In this document: positions 61,815-64,000 of the stretch, piece by piece | Numbering within the stretch: the stretch's first letter is position 1 | Layout of the letters: the number at the start of each line of letters is the position of its first letter | Assembly: GCF_009914755.1 (NCBI RefSeq) | Contig: NC_060926.1 | DNA from: the human T2T-CHM13v2.0 reference genome, Homo sapiens | Reading direction: 5' to 3' (one strand) | DNA length: 64,000 bases | The notes under the pieces: model-generated | What the model was told of the DNA's origin: nothing | The model's input: only the letters and a program-made list of their open reading frames with translations | Databases searched by the model: none | Translations under genes and position numbers: made by a program

Positions 61815-62074
61815 ATAGATTTAGTTAAATTCACAGAGAAATAAAACCTCAAAGAAAATGAGCAGGACTACACTTTGATAATGGGTGCACTATAGTTTTC
61901 TATTGAAATACAATCTTTTTTAGAGTTGCTCCCATTTTTGCCAAAAAAGTAATCAGTTAATTCTCTGTGATGCTGGTGCCCCTCCACCGCACGTTCCCCA
62001 TGGCCTTCGTGAACAGGGCGTCCCCAGGCCTTCCCATGCAACAGGGAATATCACACTCTAGTGAAGTCTTCTGG

Positions 62075-62340
62075 CCCCTGCCAACCTAAGGGGAGCTCTG
62101 AAGAGAAGTCTGTCCATTAGAAGAGTCCTAGGTTGGGCAGAAATTGATCAGTCATGGTATCCCCAGCCATGATCAATCATTGGCTGAGGGCCATCCAGGA
62201 AGAATATGGCTTCTTCTCCAACGCTGAGGCAGGTCTTGAAGATGCTGACAGCAGAAGACGGAGTCCATCTGCTAACTGCCCTTCAATGGCAAGTTTTTTC
62301 TTGAAGGAAGACTAAAGAAAACACCTCCAGAGTTGCTACA
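62075..62340 (-). mobile_element. LTR16A-like ERVL LTR fragment
   Basis: Minus strand TGTAGCA...CCTTCAAGAAAAAACTTGCC...CAGCCAATGATTGA...TTTCTGCCCAAC...CAGAGCTCCCC. Confidence 0.7.
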
Positions 62341-62344
62341 TCTC

Positions 62345-62414
62345 TGGTGTGATTAGAGGTGTTCTCATAATTATCTAATCATGGTGTGATTAGAGGTGTT
62401 CTCATAATTATCTA
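62345..62414. repeat. Perfect 33-bp direct duplication with 4-nt spacer
   Basis: TGGTGTGATTAGAGGTGTTCTCATAATTATCTA at 62345-62377 and 62382-62414. Confidence 0.97.
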
Positions 62415-62786
62415 TATTCTTGTTGTAGTTTTTATGTCCTCTCAAAGGATGTGTATTACTTGTATATTCAGAAGACCTAAATATGTATTTTATAAAAGTT
62501 AACTGATCAGTTTGGCACGTTTCCCACCATACTTTGCAGTCGTTGGTGATCTTAGAGAAGATAGAGTTGCAAGAATTGACAGAAGATGAAAGGAAATAAG
62601 GGAGTTGCTAGGTATCAATTCCCTGATTGGCAACATGACTATACATTACTTCCTCATAGAGTTTTTATGCTGACCACATGAGACATCTGTGTTATCTTCC
62701 AGGGCCATGACTGACACATGGCAGGTTTGCAGTGTGGGGTCACAGTGCTCAGGCACCAAAACAGGAGGGCTGAGGCACTGGTGAGG

Positions 62787-63208
62787 TGTATTAAGTCTTT
62801 CTCGCATTGCTATAAAGAAACACCTGAGACTGGGTAATTTATGAAGAAAAGAGGTTTAATTGGCTCACAGTTCTGCAGGCTGTAAAGGAAGCATGATGCT
62901 GGCATCTGCTTGGCTTCTGGGGAGGCCTCAGGAAACTTACAATCATGGCAGAAAGTGAAGGGGGAGCTGGCATATCACATGGCTGGAGTAGGAGCAAGAG
63001 AGAGGAGGAACATGCCACACACTTTAAACAATCAGATCTTGTGAGAACTCATTCACTATCACGAGGACAGTACCAAGAGGATGGTGCTAAGCCATTCATG
63101 AGAAATCCACCCTCAAAATCCAATCACCTCCCACTAGGCCCCACCTCCACCATTGGGGATTACAATTCAACGTGAAATTTGGACAGGACATATATCCAAA
63201 CCATATCA
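62787..63208 (-). mobile_element. MSTA solo LTR (MaLR)
   Basis: TGTATTA...GCATTGCTATAAAGAAACACCTGAGACTGGGTAATTTAT...TCCAAACCATATCA; TSD TGAGG/GGAGG. Confidence 0.93.
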
Positions 63209-64000
63209 GGAGGAGTCATTTACCACAATAAGAGGAGGAGCTGAAAGGGTAGTTCATGAGAAATTGAGATCAGATGAGGGCTGATCTCTGCAGATGCCTC
63301 TGGGAAGATGGAAAGAAGCTACTGAAAATAATTCTCATGACTCTGGAACAAAATTTCCCCACTGTGCTTCATCTCTCCAGAGGGCTCACCTGCATGGTAT
63401 CATGCTGATGAAGCCTCTTCTATGCTAATTACTGTGCTTCCTGCTCTCCCTGGGAAAGGGCATCACCCATTTCTACCTTCATTCTATGACCAAGGAAACC
63501 AAGGGAGAAGTGCCAAGTTATGCACCTAAGAACACACGTTAAAGAAGCTCCTGTGTTTCTTCTGTGGCAACATGGATAATGCTAGTTTTTCTTGGGTACA
63601 TAAATGGAAAATGAAAGCTGTGGGTTTTGCTTTTGTTTTTGTTTTTCTTTTGCAAGTAGGAATCTTAATGCCAAATTCAGCATCTTAGATTCTTTTCCTC
63701 CTGTTAGATATATTTTTAAATTTATTTTTAGGTATCTTGTTTTACATAATGAGTTTTAACACTCAAGATGCCCTTAAAGCTAATGGAAGTAGAAGTGTAA
63801 TTCTCAAGCTCAAAAAAAATCTGTCTTATGGAACAAATATGAAGATTAATGAGTTAATATTTACACAAAACTTTGTTTGAGAAGACTGGCAAGTAGTATT
63901 TTCAAATGAAAAGTCATAACCAGGAGTATCCTAATACCCTCTTCCATTCTGGAAGCTGGGGAATTCTTGTTTACTCATTAATTCTCAGTTAAGAAAAGCA

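Overview
This is primate, almost certainly human, genomic DNA: it carries a near-consensus AluYb8, a subfamily essentially restricted to humans. The window is repeat-dense intergenic or intronic sequence. It holds about 23 Alu copies or fragments, many old L1 pieces, L2/MIR, MaLR/ERVL/ERV1 LTRs and hAT/Tigger DNA-transposon relics, several nested with readable target-site duplications (TSDs). I recognise no protein-coding gene, RNA gene or CRISPR array; the ORF track is mostly Alu, L1, LTR or microsatellite noise. I cannot support a new multi-gene biological system here. The most interesting signals are: (1) a complex templated-repair scar at ~36.95-37.18 kb with an inverted ~120-bp copy of sequence 2 kb away plus a 33-bp tandem copy; (2) a decayed ERV1 env TM remnant (LQNR immunosuppressive domain, CC motif, PPT, 3' LTR) at ~59.8-61.9 kb, invaded by an Alu and a second LTR; (3) the young AluYb8; (4) a (GGAA)13 microsatellite ending in a consensus splice donor; (5) exon-like segments at 24.4-26.9 kb and a CpG-rich patch at 29.0-29.4 kb, suggesting an unannotated or lncRNA transcription unit. 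Repeat family names come from recalled consensus sequences and need RepeatMasker/Dfam confirmation. Boundaries of old repeats are approximate.
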